Origin: Candidatus Bathyarchaeota archaeon
GTDB taxonomy: Archaea; Thermoproteota; Bathyarchaeia; TCS64
Direction: 5' to 3'
Assembly (NCBI GenBank): GCA_043826455.1
Contig: JBDRQD010000021.1
Span: forward strand, 10,181 to 74,180
DNA: 64,000 nt
Numbering within the stretch: position 1 is the stretch's first letter; each line of letters begins with the position of its first letter. The position numbers and the translations under genes are program-made. The notes below the pieces were generated by a model. It worked only from the letters and a program-made list of their open reading frames with translations, did no database searches and had not been told where the DNA came from. Of this stretch, positions 1-10,014 are shown one piece after another.

Positions 1-2
1 CG

Positions 3-695
3 GAGCACAGGCTCCCGGAGATGCACGACTGCACCGGCTACTACCAGTACAGCAGGTCCACCACGGGCTCAACTGGCTTCAACCCCACAGGGTACAGCTA
101 TGGACCTCAACCCCAGAGAAGCCTCTTCTGGTTCAGCCAACGGGAGCTCAGGGACCTGGCCATCGGGCTCCTAGTCATCATAGCCATACCCCTGACAATG
201 TGGTGGGGGTACCTTTTTCAGGCACCCATAATCATCGTGGGCGCCCTCCTCATCTTCGCCTTGGCCTTCATCCTCCACGAGCTGGCCCACAAGTTCATGG
301 CTCAGAGGCTGGGGTACTGGGCCGAGTTCAGGATCAACCCGCAGGGCCTCATGATCACCCTCCTCAGCTTCATATCCCCCTTCAAGGTGATAGCGCCAGG
401 GGCCGTCATGATAGGGGGCCTCATGAACTGGGACCACTACGGTAAGGTGAGCGTTGTGGGCCCGGCCACCAATATCGCCCTGGGGATCATCTACTACGCC
501 GCCAGCCTGCTGACGGGGTCTCAGGTGGTCTACCTGCTGGCCAACATAGGGATGAACATCAACGCGAGCCTGGCCCTCTTCAACCTCATCCCCTTCGGCG
601 TCTTCGACGGCGCCAAGATAATGAAGTGGAACAAACTTGTCTGGGGCGCCGGCGTCCTATCAGCGGGCATCCTGTACCTGGTCTCCTCCTTCTAG
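3..695 (+). CDS. Site-2 (M50) zinc metalloprotease with N-terminal AN1-type zinc finger; 5'-partial
   Basis: The frame is open to the window edge and reads EHRLPEMHDC (end of an AN1 zinc finger). HELAH, GPATN and FNLIPFGVFDG are M50 motifs; several TM segments. Confidence 0.85.
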   Translation, partial: EHRLPEMHDCTGYYQYSRSTTGSTGFNPTGYSYGPQPQRSLFWFSQRELRDLAIGLLVIIAIPLTMWWGYLFQAPIIIVGALLIFALAFILHELAHKFMAQRLGYWAEFRINPQGLMITLLSFISPFKVIAPGAVMIGGLMNWDHYGKVSVVGPATNIALGIIYYAASLLTGSQVVYLLANIGMNINASLALFNLIPFGVFDGAKIMKWNKLVWGAGVLSAGILYLVSSF

Positions 696-770
696 CCGCG
701 TGCAAGGCTTCGAGGCGCATAGGCCAAGAGCCCACCAGTTTATGTACCCTTTCAACCACAGTTATCTGAC

Positions 771-1658
771 ATGATGATCGTACCTGGGCCCGCCTCCAAG
801 GAGCTGGGGGAAGCCATAGCCCGCCAACTGGGCGCGGAGGCTCACCCCGTGGACCACAGGTTCTTCCCCGACGGGGAGAGCTACATCAGGCTCACAGCGG
901 ACGTGAAGGGCGAGACCGTGGTCCTGGTGCAGACCACGGCCCCGGACCCGGATAGGAAGCTGGTGCAGCTTCTGGTCATGGCGAGGACGGCCAGGGACTT
1001 CGGGGCCAGACGCGTAATATCCTGTGTGCCTTACCTGGCTTATATGCGCCAGGATAAACGGTTCCTGGAGGGGGAGGCCCTGAGCTTCGATGTGGTGCTG
1101 GGCCTCCTGGAGGACAGCGGGGTGGATGAACTTCTGGTTGTTGACCTCCACAGCGAGGAGTCCCTCAGGAGGATTCAGCCCCGCCATAGGCTCAGGGTCC
1201 ACACCCTGTCAGCCATACCCGTCATAGCCCGGTACCTTAAGGAGCATGGGTACGACGGCGCCTACAGCCTCTCCCCGGATGAGGGGCGGAAGGACATAGT
1301 AAGCAGAGCCAGCGAGGTCATGGGGGGCGGCTTCGGGTTCTTCGAGAAGGACAGGGACCTGAGGACCGGTGAGACCACCATGCTTGTGAAGGACCTGGAA
1401 GTGAAGGGCAGGAAGGCCGTGGTCTTCGACGACATCATCAGCAGCGGAGGCACCATGGCTAGAGCCATCAAGGGGCTGAAGGCTCAGGGAGCCGTCAAGG
1501 TTGCCGCAGCGTGCACCCACGCCCTCTTCATGGAAGGGGCCGAGGAGAGGCTGAGGGACGCTGGCGCGGACCTTATCCTGGCGACGGACACTGTGGAGTC
1601 GGAGCACAGTGTCGTCTCCGTGGCTGGGCTCCTAGCGGACCGGCTGAAAAGCCTGTGA
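771..1658 (+). CDS. prs: Ribose-phosphate pyrophosphokinase
   Basis: FPDGE, PYLAYMRQD, VDLH, DDIISSGGTM, ACTH motifs. Confidence 0.95.
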   Translation: MMIVPGPASKELGEAIARQLGAEAHPVDHRFFPDGESYIRLTADVKGETVVLVQTTAPDPDRKLVQLLVMARTARDFGARRVISCVPYLAYMRQDKRFLEGEALSFDVVLGLLEDSGVDELLVVDLHSEESLRRIQPRHRLRVHTLSAIPVIARYLKEHGYDGAYSLSPDEGRKDIVSRASEVMGGGFGFFEKDRDLRTGETTMLVKDLEVKGRKAVVFDDIISSGGTMARAIKGLKAQGAVKVAAACTHALFMEGAEERLRDAGADLILATDTVESEHSVVSVAGLLADRLKSL

Positions 1659-1703
1659 CCGATACCTATTTCACAGAGCACCCATTCACTCTTAGAGAAC
1701 AGG

Positions 1704-2051
1704 ATGATCAGTAGCAGGATCAGGCTCAAGGTGCAGTCGGTGAAGGCCGTCCGGGACCCGGAGAACAGGGAGGCCTTCCAGATCGATTTCGTGGAGCTGC
1801 GCAGCAAGCCCCCGGTGATGATGATGAGCAACCCGGAGGTGCCTGAGGAGATCAACCAGATGGTGGTCCAGGTGACCAAGAGCTTCCAGGGCATCTTCCC
1901 CGGCGCCCAAGGCAACACCTACGAGCAGAGGAAGCTGACCCTCATCCTCACCGGTGAGGAGCTGGAGAGCTTCAGCATGAAGCCATACCCCAACCAGCTC
2001 TACGAGCTCAGCATCAGCGAGGGAGCCCTCAGCTTCCGCGAGGTAGCTTAA
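1704..2051 (+). CDS. Arcadin-1-like protein
   Basis: 115 aa. Pattern V..DP....FQIDFVE, a central helix, then LxLTxEE..F and a terminal beta hairpin, resembling my recollection of Pyrobaculum arcadin-1. Confidence 0.55.
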   Translation: MISSRIRLKVQSVKAVRDPENREAFQIDFVELRSKPPVMMMSNPEVPEEINQMVVQVTKSFQGIFPGAQGNTYEQRKLTLILTGEELESFSMKPYPNQLYELSISEGALSFREVA

Positions 2052-2094
2052 CCGTTATATTGCCCGGTCTTCAAGACTGATCGGTGGCTTTACG

Positions 2095-2466
2095 TTGATC
2101 CAGGACATCCAGCACACAGACTTAGAGCCCATGGTTTCATCCTCAAAGGAGCCGGTGGTGGTGGAGTACTGGCACCACAAGTGTCCTGCTTGTTTGGAGA
2201 TGAAGCCCGTCTACGAGAAACTTGAGGCCCGCCTCAGAGGCAGGGCTAGGCTTGTCCGCATGAACCTCCTGGAGAGCAGGGAGAACCGGGTGCTCGCCAT
2301 AAAGCAGGGTGTGAGGAGCACGCCAACGTTCATGATCTACTGCGGCGGCGCGCCCATCGGCATCATCCTGGGCGTCAGGACCCTGGATGAGATAGAGGCG
2401 GAGGTTAATGCTCTCCTAGAGGTCAGAGACTCCTGCTTGAAAGGAACACCCCTAGAAATAGGGTGA
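2095..2466 (+). CDS. Thioredoxin family protein
   Basis: VVVEYW..KCPAC active site; cis-Pro motif STPT. Confidence 0.9.
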   Translation: MIQDIQHTDLEPMVSSSKEPVVVEYWHHKCPACLEMKPVYEKLEARLRGRARLVRMNLLESRENRVLAIKQGVRSTPTFMIYCGGAPIGIILGVRTLDEIEAEVNALLEVRDSCLKGTPLEIG

Positions 2467-2494
2467 TAAAAAGTTAGGGCTTAGCCCTGGGACG

Positions 2495-2728
2495 TTATTC
2501 CAGGAACTTCAGGGCGTCTGGAGAAGTATAGTACTTGCCGTCGGCGAAGAGGAGTGCCTCGGAGGTCTTCAGGTCCTTGAGGACGTTGAAGATCTTGCCT
2601 TCACCGAGCTTGGTCTTCTTGATCTCGTTAAAGGTCTTGGGCTCCTTGCAGTGTATCAATACTTTCAGGCAGTTCTCGTCCTTCAGCAGAGTCTGTAGTG
2701 TAGCTACATTCAGTCCCATAACTGTCAC
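2495..2728 (-). CDS. Small winged-helix-like protein
   Basis: 77 aa, PKTFNEI...LKDL....L....GKYY pattern; gaggtg RBS-like sequence near the start. Confidence 0.6.
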   Translation of the reverse strand: MTVMGLNVATLQTLLKDENCLKVLIHCKEPKTFNEIKKTKLGEGKIFNVLKDLKTSEALLFADGKYYTSPDALKFLE

Positions 2729-2876
2729 CTCGTTTGGTGCTTGAACAAAACTAGCGTATTAACAATATATACTTTATTTACGGGTTTGAAAGAAAAATTC
2801 CTACAGGATTATACCTTGCTCTATCAAGGACCCAATCCAATAAAAATTAACTAGAACCAGGCCCATGATATGAGCC

Positions 2877-3722
2877 ATGACCATCCTTGTCACAGGGGGA
2901 GCAGGCCGACTGGGCTACGAGGTTCTGAGGCTCTGCAAAGAAGAAGGGTACAGGGCCCGGGCTTTCGATCTCCCCGGTGTCCCCTGGAGTCATGTTGAGG
3001 CATTGGGGGTCGAGGCGGTCAAGGGCGACATCACCGATAAAGGCAGTGTCAGCCGCGCCTGCGAAGGCGTTGACTCGGTCGTCCACCTGGCGGCCCTTCT
3101 GCCCCCCAGAAGCGAGTCCAGCAGGGAGCTCACAATGAAGGTGAACGTGGAGGGCACGAAACGCATACTGGAAGCCGCGGGCTCCGACACGCCCATAGTC
3201 TTCGCGTCATCTATAGCGGTGTACGGCGTGACGGCAGGGGAGGAGCCCCCTGTAAAGCCTAACCATCCCCTCAGGGTCCACGACCTATACTCCGAGAGCA
3301 AGATTACGGCGGAGAAGCACGTGACCGGAACCGGGAACCCATACACCATCCTCAGGATCGCTCCAGTCGCTGTAGCCGACCTCCTGGAGCTCCCAGAGGT
3401 GGTGCCCTACCGGGCGGACCAGAGGGTGGAGTTCGTCTACGTGGAGGACGCGGCCCGCGCCATCGTGGCCTGCCTCGGAAGCCCCAGGAACACGGTCCAC
3501 AACGTCGCGGGCGGAGAGTCTTGGCGCATGACGGGAGGCGACTACATCAGGCGGTTCTACGAGGCCCTGGAGGTGGAGGTGGAGCCCAACTTCTCTGAGA
3601 TGCTCACGGCCGTGGACTGGTACGACACCGACTCAAGCCGGCCCCTCGGTTACCAGAGGACCAGCTTCGAGGCGTTTGAGGAAAAGTTAAGGACTGTTGG
3701 GGAGGCATATGGTTTAAGGTGA
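2877..3722 (+). CDS. NAD-dependent epimerase/dehydratase (extended SDR)
   Basis: TGGAGRLG, HLAA, SSIAVYG, YSESK. Confidence 0.9.
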   Translation: MTILVTGGAGRLGYEVLRLCKEEGYRARAFDLPGVPWSHVEALGVEAVKGDITDKGSVSRACEGVDSVVHLAALLPPRSESSRELTMKVNVEGTKRILEAAGSDTPIVFASSIAVYGVTAGEEPPVKPNHPLRVHDLYSESKITAEKHVTGTGNPYTILRIAPVAVADLLELPEVVPYRADQRVEFVYVEDAARAIVACLGSPRNTVHNVAGGESWRMTGGDYIRRFYEALEVEVEPNFSEMLTAVDWYDTDSSRPLGYQRTSFEAFEEKLRTVGEAYGLR

Positions 3723-3726
3723 TGAC

Positions 3727-4059
3727 ATGAGTGAGCCCCTTGCACCCACGTTGAAGGCGTTGGAGGAGATACAGAAACAGGTCTCAAGCCTCAAGCTGAA
3801 GGAGGATGAGGCTAGAGGCATCAGTACCCGGCTCCAGAAGGTGGCGAACACCGTGGAGGAGAACAAGACCAAGATATGGCTGAGGACCCGTGCTGGTAAG
3901 GAGATGGTTGAGGCGATTCAGCTGGCGGCGGAGGAGCTTCTCGGCGTCCTCGGTTCCGGCTCAGGGAAGGATAAAGCCCTTACGGCTCTGGCGGCGCTGG
4001 AGGCGCAGGCGGCCAGGGTCGATGAGGAGAGCCGCCGCCGGAGCATGGTGGTCACCTAG
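3727..4059 (+). CDS. Hypothetical all-helical protein
   Basis: Starts 4 bp after the upstream stop; typical codon usage. Confidence 0.65.
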   Translation: MSEPLAPTLKALEEIQKQVSSLKLKEDEARGISTRLQKVANTVEENKTKIWLRTRAGKEMVEAIQLAAEELLGVLGSGSGKDKALTALAALEAQAARVDEESRRRSMVVT

Positions 4060-4120
4060 CATCCACCAATATATATATTCTAAAGCCTATATCGGTCCAG
4101 AGGGTTCTGGAGACAGGAAC

Positions 4121-5458
4121 ATGAAGAGCAAGGTCTTTTTCATGGATGACCGGTACACCGGCATGGCTTCGAGCATCCCCGCCAAGGCCGACCAGCTGTT
4201 CGACCACGCGGGGCTGGGCGAATGCTTCGACAGGGGCGACTCCGTCGCCATCAAGTGCCACATGGGGGAGTGGAACAACTCCGCGTACCTGCGACCCATC
4301 CAGGTGAGGGTCATAGTGGACAAGGTGAAGGAGCACGGCGGGGTCCCCTTCGTCACCGACACCACCACGGCCCCCTACTACTACTATGGGGCCAGGAGCA
4401 CAGCGGCTTTCCACCTTGAGAACGCTGCCCGCAACGGGTTCACGGCCCAGAGCATGGGGTGCCCCATAATCATAGCCGACGGCATGTACGGCACCGAGGA
4501 CGTGAAGGTGGACATCCCTGACGGTGTCCTCCTCAAGGAGGGTTTCCTGGCCAAGGGCATAGCGGATGCCGACGCCATGATAGTGGTAAGCCACTTCAAG
4601 GGCCACGGCGGCGGCGTCTACGGCGGCAGCATCAAGAACATCGCCATCGGGTGCAGCAGCAAGAGGGGTAAGTTCAACGCCCACATATGCACCCACCCCG
4701 AGGTGGGCTGGAACCACTGGAGCTTCCAGGGCGACAACTGCGTGGGTGAGGAGTGCCCCGACTACGCCCTCTGCAGCAACATCTGCCCCGCGGGCGCCAT
4801 CAAGATCAAGAAGGACCACGCCGAGTTCGACCCGGAAGCGTGCATCGGCTGCTTCGGCCACCAACGTCTCCTGTTCCGCTGCGACCTGTGGGGCAGGGAG
4901 AAGTACGATGACTGGAGGAACTGGTTCCTGGTGGCCATGGGGGACGCCGCCTCCGCCTACGTCAGGCACATCGGAGAGGAGAGGATAGGGTACCTGAGCT
5001 ACGCCCTGGACATCACCCCCGCCTGCGACTGCGTCCCGGGCGCTGACAGGCCCGTGATACCAAACCTGGGCGTCTTCGCGTCGAGGGACATGGTGGCCAT
5101 AGACGTGGCAGCCCTGGACATGTCGGACAAGGCTGAGGGTATCCCGGGATCAATGGCCGAGACGAAGAACGTGATGAAACCGGGGGACGAGAAGTTCACG
5201 GGCATTGTGGGTATGAGCCAGTGGATTACATCCAATACATGCGTCCACCTGGGCTCCGGCTCCAAGGACTATGAGCTGGTGGTTCCCCCAGTCTCAGGGG
5301 ACGAGGCCAAGTTTGCTCACCACCTGTTCAGCCCTGAGAGGCCCTCAGGCTGGTACCTCGGCAAGGCGATGGAGAAGTTCGGAACCTGGACTCCGCCTGG
5401 CGGCTACAAGTACAACCCCAAGCCCACGGTGAGCATCGAGAAGCTCAGCAAGAGGTAG
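4121..5458 (+). CDS. DUF362 family Fe-S protein with inserted 4Fe-4S domain
   Basis: AIKCHMGE, SHFKGH..GGSIKN, ferredoxin-type Cys clusters, ITPACDC. ATG at 4121 chosen over the ORF-track start. Confidence 0.9.
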   Translation: MKSKVFFMDDRYTGMASSIPAKADQLFDHAGLGECFDRGDSVAIKCHMGEWNNSAYLRPIQVRVIVDKVKEHGGVPFVTDTTTAPYYYYGARSTAAFHLENAARNGFTAQSMGCPIIIADGMYGTEDVKVDIPDGVLLKEGFLAKGIADADAMIVVSHFKGHGGGVYGGSIKNIAIGCSSKRGKFNAHICTHPEVGWNHWSFQGDNCVGEECPDYALCSNICPAGAIKIKKDHAEFDPEACIGCFGHQRLLFRCDLWGREKYDDWRNWFLVAMGDAASAYVRHIGEERIGYLSYALDITPACDCVPGADRPVIPNLGVFASRDMVAIDVAALDMSDKAEGIPGSMAETKNVMKPGDEKFTGIVGMSQWITSNTCVHLGSGSKDYELVVPPVSGDEAKFAHHLFSPERPSGWYLGKAMEKFGTWTPPGGYKYNPKPTVSIEKLSKR

Positions 5459-5503
5459 CCCCTCCCTCATCCTTTTTATTCACTGGAGCGGTATCGACAA
5501 ACC

Positions 5504-6436
5504 ATGAGTTCTAAGCCCCAGCAGCCCATCGATGTCCTCGTCATCGGGGGAGGCCCCGCCGGGCTCACTGCGGGCCTCTACGCGGCCAGAGCCAGGCTGA
5601 GGACAAAGATACTGACGGGCCCCACCCCCGGAGGTCAGATAGCGCTAACCTACAGGGTGGAGAACTATCCGGGGCTCCACGAGCCCCTGACTGGCCCTGA
5701 GCTGGTGGAGCGGCTCATGATCCACGCAACAAGCTTCGGCGCAGAGATCGACAGGCGGGAGGCAAAGGCCGTGGGCTTCACATCCAAGCCCCTCAGGGTT
5801 GACGTGGGGGACGAGACACTGGAGGCCAGGACGGTCATCGTCGCCACTGGGTCCAGGAACAGGAAATTGGGCTTGGCGGCGGAGGACAGGCTCATGGGCC
5901 GTGGCGTCTTCGTGTGCGCCACCTGCGACGCCGCACTGTACGAGGGCCTCAGGGTCATGGTTGTGGGGGGCGGCGACTCGGCCCTCCAGGAGGCCCTGGA
6001 CCTGAGTAAGTTCGCTGAGGAGGTTTTCGTGGTGCACAGGAGGGATAGTTTCACTGCATGCAGCTGCCTCCAGGCGGGGGCTGAGGAGGAGCCCAGGATC
6101 AGGTTCATGATGAACACGGTGGTGGAGGACATCATGGGGGAGAATTACGTGGAGGCTGTGGAGTTGAGGAATGTCGTGACGGGAGAGGTGTTAACCATGC
6201 ATACGGATGGGGTACTGGTGGCCGTCGGGTGGGACCCCAACACCGCCCTCTTCAAAGGCCAGCTGGAGCTGGACCCCCAAGGCTACATCGTCTCCGAGGG
6301 CGTGAAGACCAGCAGGCCCGGGGTCTTCGTGGCCGGGGACATCAACGATAAGACCTACAGGCAGGTGGTGACGGCCTCCGCCAGCGGCTGCATGGCGGCC
6401 CTGGAAGCCGAGTGGTACCTGACGAGGCAGGTGTGA
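5504..6436 (+). CDS. trxB: Thioredoxin reductase
   Basis: GGGPAG, CATCD, GGGDSA, HRRD, AGD motifs. Confidence 0.95.
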   Translation: MSSKPQQPIDVLVIGGGPAGLTAGLYAARARLRTKILTGPTPGGQIALTYRVENYPGLHEPLTGPELVERLMIHATSFGAEIDRREAKAVGFTSKPLRVDVGDETLEARTVIVATGSRNRKLGLAAEDRLMGRGVFVCATCDAALYEGLRVMVVGGGDSALQEALDLSKFAEEVFVVHRRDSFTACSCLQAGAEEEPRIRFMMNTVVEDIMGENYVEAVELRNVVTGEVLTMHTDGVLVAVGWDPNTALFKGQLELDPQGYIVSEGVKTSRPGVFVAGDINDKTYRQVVTASASGCMAALEAEWYLTRQV

Positions 6437-6462
6437 GCCAAGTGTCGCCGGCAGGTGTGGAG

Positions 6463-7377
6463 ATGAGGCTCGTCTTCTTGGGCACCAGCGGCAGCATGCC
6501 CACCGACGCCCGGGGCAGCAGCAGCGCGGTGTTGAAGCTGGGCCGGGACCTGGTGATGTTCGACTGCGGTGAGGGCACCCAGCGCCAGATGGTGCGCGCA
6601 CGGGTGGGCTTCAGACGCAACATGATCCTGCTGGTGAGCCACCTCCACGGCGACCACGTCCTGGGCATCCCGGGCCTCCTACAGACCATGAGCCTCCTCC
6701 GGCGTGAACGGCAGCTGGACATCTATGGCCCCACTGGACTCATCGACTACGTCAAGGCCTTCACCGAGTCTCTGGGGGGCCCTACTTTCCCTGTCATACT
6801 CCACGAGGTGCAGGAGCCCGGCGTCATCCATGAGGATGAAAGAATCAGGATCATAGCCGTTAGATCCCAGCACATTATCGAGGGCTGGAGCTATAGCATT
6901 GTGGAGAAGCCCAGGCCGGGGAGGTTCCACCCTGACAGGGCTAGGGCTCTGGGCGTCCCCGAGGGCAGGCTCTGGCACAGGCTTCAGCACGGGGAGGAGG
7001 TCACCGTCGAGGGCAGGGTCGTCAAGCCTGAGGAGGTCACTGATCCGCTTAGGCGAGGAAGAAGGATAGTCTACTCCGGGGACACTAGGCCTACGGGGGA
7101 GTTGGTGGAGCTGGCCCGAGGGGCAGATGTCCTCATCCACGAGGCCACATTCATCGATGAATTGAAGGAGAGGGCGGCTGAGGACGGCCACAGCACCGCG
7201 GCGGAGGCAGCGGAGGCCGCCAGAGAGGCCGGCGTAAAGATGCTTGTGCTCACCCATGTCAGCTCCAGGTACCCTGACCCGGGTGCGCTGCTGGGTGAGG
7301 CCAAGAAGGTGTTCAAGAATGTGGTGGTGGCCGAGGACCTTATGGAGTTGGAGGTGCCCCTAGATGAGGGCCCGTAG
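6463..7377 (+). CDS. rnz: Ribonuclease Z
   Basis: FLGTSG, DCGEGTQ, SHLHGDH, exosite arm, SGDT, HEAT, HST, THVSSRY. Confidence 0.95.
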   Translation: MRLVFLGTSGSMPTDARGSSSAVLKLGRDLVMFDCGEGTQRQMVRARVGFRRNMILLVSHLHGDHVLGIPGLLQTMSLLRRERQLDIYGPTGLIDYVKAFTESLGGPTFPVILHEVQEPGVIHEDERIRIIAVRSQHIIEGWSYSIVEKPRPGRFHPDRARALGVPEGRLWHRLQHGEEVTVEGRVVKPEEVTDPLRRGRRIVYSGDTRPTGELVELARGADVLIHEATFIDELKERAAEDGHSTAAEAAEAAREAGVKMLVLTHVSSRYPDPGALLGEAKKVFKNVVVAEDLMELEVPLDEGP

Positions 7378-8136
7378 GTGGCTCAGGCTCCTCTCCATGT
7401 CACTGTAGCTCTCCACAACGAGCCAGCCGCTGAACCCGATGCCTCTGGCGGCCCTGACGACGTGGCTCCAGTCTATGCCTCCGTCCCCCACGGGGAGGTG
7501 CTGGTCCAAGGCCCCGTGGTTGTCGCTGACATGCATGTGCTTGATCTTATCGCTGTACCGATCCATGAACTCGTAGACCTCGTCCTGGAGGTTGGCGTGG
7601 GCCACGTCCAGGACCATGTCCATCTTCAGCTCCATCTCCTCGTAGAAGAGATCGAAGTCGCTCACCGAGATGAGCAGGTAGGGCGTCGGCTCTGGCACGT
7701 TCTCGATCTGGAGGCTGACGCTGTACTCCTCGGCGTACCTGAGGAGCCAGTGGAGGCTGCGGATGTTGAGCTCCCAGGCGCGGCCCTTCATGAACCTGTC
7801 AGTGGCTGTGGTCCAGCCGGGGTGCACAACGACGCACCTGGCGTCCAGCTCGGAGGCGAACCTTATGCTGGCCCGTATCCGCTTGAGTATCCACTCCCGG
7901 ATGAGGTCGTCGTCGGCTGAGAGGTTTGTGTCCGCGTAGGGGGCGTGGATGCTGAAGTTTAGGGTGTAGCTGGCCCTGAGTTCCTGGAGGCGCTCAACCA
8001 GCTTGGGGTTCAGGGCGTGGTGGCCGCTGTCAGCTATCTCGATGTTCCTGGTGCTGAGCCGTATGAGGTCGGGGAAGACCTGCTCCAGTGGTTTATCTAG
8101 GAGGTATAGGGTTGACGCCGCCAGCTCCATTTTCAT
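7360..8136 (-). CDS. Sugar phosphate isomerase/epimerase (AP endonuclease 2 TIM barrel)
   Basis: SIHAP, VVHPG, IENV, LDVAHA, HVSDN..DQHL, VVE. Confidence 0.9.
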   Translation of the reverse strand: MKMELAASTLYLLDKPLEQVFPDLIRLSTRNIEIADSGHHALNPKLVERLQELRASYTLNFSIHAPYADTNLSADDDLIREWILKRIRASIRFASELDARCVVVHPGWTTATDRFMKGRAWELNIRSLHWLLRYAEEYSVSLQIENVPEPTPYLLISVSDFDLFYEEMELKMDMVLDVAHANLQDEVYEFMDRYSDKIKHMHVSDNHGALDQHLPVGDGGIDWSHVVRAARGIGFSGWLVVESYSDMERSLSHLRALI

Positions 8137-8214
8137 CAGACACCCTATTGGTTGTGGGGACCCACATAAGCCTTTTATCTCGTGCTTCACCACACCCACT
8201 CGAATGGTGGTATT

Positions 8215-9378
8215 TTGATTCAGCTAAAGGACGGAGTCTACTGGGTGGGCGCCGTGGACTGGGACGTGAGGAACTTCCACGGCTACATAACCCACAGGGG
8301 CACCACGTACAACGCCTACGTGGTTAAAGCGGACAAGGTGGCCCTGGTGGACACGGTGAAGGCTCCTTTCTACGAGACAATGCTGCGCCACGTGAAGGAG
8401 GTCGTTGATCCCGAGGACATCGACTACATCATAAGCAACCACGCGGAACCCGACCACAGCGGCTCACTGGCCAGGATGGCGGCGGAGGCGCCCCAGGCCA
8501 AGGTCATAGCCAGCGAGAGGGGGGCCCCGGTGCTCAGTAAGTACTACGGCCTGGACGTGGCCACGATAAAGGAGCACCCCAAGGTCGATCTGGGCGGCAA
8601 GACCCTCAACTTCGCGCCGGTCCCCATGGCCCACTGGCCCGACAGCATGGTGAGCTACATCCCGGAGGACAAGCTCCTGCTGAGTAACGACGCCTTCGGG
8701 CAACACCTGGCCAGCACCGGAAGGTTCGACGACGAGGTGAGCCAGGCTGTGCTGTGGCACGAGGCTACGGCCTACTACGCCAACATACTGATGCCTCTGA
8801 ACAGGAGCGTAGGCAGGGCGCTGAAGGCCCTGGGGGGCTTGTCTATCGACATGATCGCGCCCAGCCACGGCGTCATCTGGAGGCGGGACATCAAGGGCAT
8901 CCTTGACCACTATGTGAAGTGGGTGGAGGGTGTGACGGTGCCCAGGGTGGTCATAGCCTACGACACCATGTGGAAGAGCACCCAGGAGATGGCCTACGCC
9001 TTAGCCGAGGGCGTAGCTTCCAGGGGCGTGGAGGTACGGGTGTTCAACCTGACGGAGACCCACAGGAGCGACGTCATCACCGAGGTCCTGGAGGCCAAGG
9101 CCGTGCTGGTTGGCAGCCCCACCCTCAACAACCATGTCTTCCCCACGGTGGCCGACTTCCTGGCCTACATGAGAGGCCTGAAGCCCCAGAACAAGATCGG
9201 GGCCGCCTTCGGCAGCTACGGCTGGGCCGGCGGGGCCAAGCGGGTGGTGGAGGAGGAGATGAGGCAGGCTGGGGTCGAGCTAATCGACAACGACCTGGAG
9301 TTCAGCTACAAGCCCACCGAGGAAGAGTGGCGCATGGCCTATGATTTTGGCGTAAAAATCGCTGACAGGGTCAAGTGA
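8215..9378 (+). CDS. fprA: Flavodiiron protein (A-type flavoprotein)
   Basis: GTTYNAY, HAEPDH, HWPD, SNDAFGQH, PSHG, flavodoxin GSPT and FGSYGW. Confidence 0.95.
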   Translation: MIQLKDGVYWVGAVDWDVRNFHGYITHRGTTYNAYVVKADKVALVDTVKAPFYETMLRHVKEVVDPEDIDYIISNHAEPDHSGSLARMAAEAPQAKVIASERGAPVLSKYYGLDVATIKEHPKVDLGGKTLNFAPVPMAHWPDSMVSYIPEDKLLLSNDAFGQHLASTGRFDDEVSQAVLWHEATAYYANILMPLNRSVGRALKALGGLSIDMIAPSHGVIWRRDIKGILDHYVKWVEGVTVPRVVIAYDTMWKSTQEMAYALAEGVASRGVEVRVFNLTETHRSDVITEVLEAKAVLVGSPTLNNHVFPTVADFLAYMRGLKPQNKIGAAFGSYGWAGGAKRVVEEEMRQAGVELIDNDLEFSYKPTEEEWRMAYDFGVKIADRVK

Positions 9379-9386
9379 CCCTTTTT

Positions 9387-9977
9387 TTATATGAACACGT
9401 AGTGGACGTAGAAGGCCATCTGGAGCCATGTGAGCACAGTGCTTATCACGGCTCCGGCGGTCACCTGCTTCTTGTCGTGGGCCTTCAGCTCGACCCTGGC
9501 CCAGGCCACGGGCAGGAACAGTAGGAACAGGGGCAGCAGCCGGGTGCCCAGCAGGTACACGAGGGCGGTGACTGGGCTGGCGATGCCGCTGGCGTGGATG
9601 CTTATCTTCCACTTCATGGTGATGAGGAGCAGCACCACGCCGTTCACTATGTAGCAGGCCATGAGGGCCGTTATCTGCTCGGGGGCGCGGACGGCTATGA
9701 GGGCTATGGTGCCCATCGTGTAGCTGAAGATGGTGGACATGAAGGGTATGAACCGCTCGTTCCGGTCGTTGGCGTAGAAGTCGCTTATGATGCCCCGCTT
9801 AAGCATGTAGACCACTAGGATGAGGGGCAGGAAGCAGCCGAAGAAGCTGGTTATACCCAGCAGCTGAAATGTTGTCCCTTCCCCAAACCTGTATACCAGG
9901 GGTATGAAGGTGAGTAGGGTGATGAGGGGCGCGTTCATGACCGCTGACACGTACTTGGCCAGCTTGGTTCGGTTCAA
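9387..9977 (-). CDS. PAP2-like membrane protein
   Basis: Multiple TM helices, KISIH and WARVELKAH motifs; TTG start after aggag. Confidence 0.7.
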   Translation of the reverse strand: MNRTKLAKYVSAVMNAPLITLLTFIPLVYRFGEGTTFQLLGITSFFGCFLPLILVVYMLKRGIISDFYANDRNERFIPFMSTIFSYTMGTIALIAVRAPEQITALMACYIVNGVVLLLITMKWKISIHASGIASPVTALVYLLGTRLLPLFLLFLPVAWARVELKAHDKKQVTAGAVISTVLTWLQMAFYVHYVFI

Positions 9978-10014
9978 CTCTATACTCCTGATGCATTGAT
10001 TCTGCTTCTGTGGT

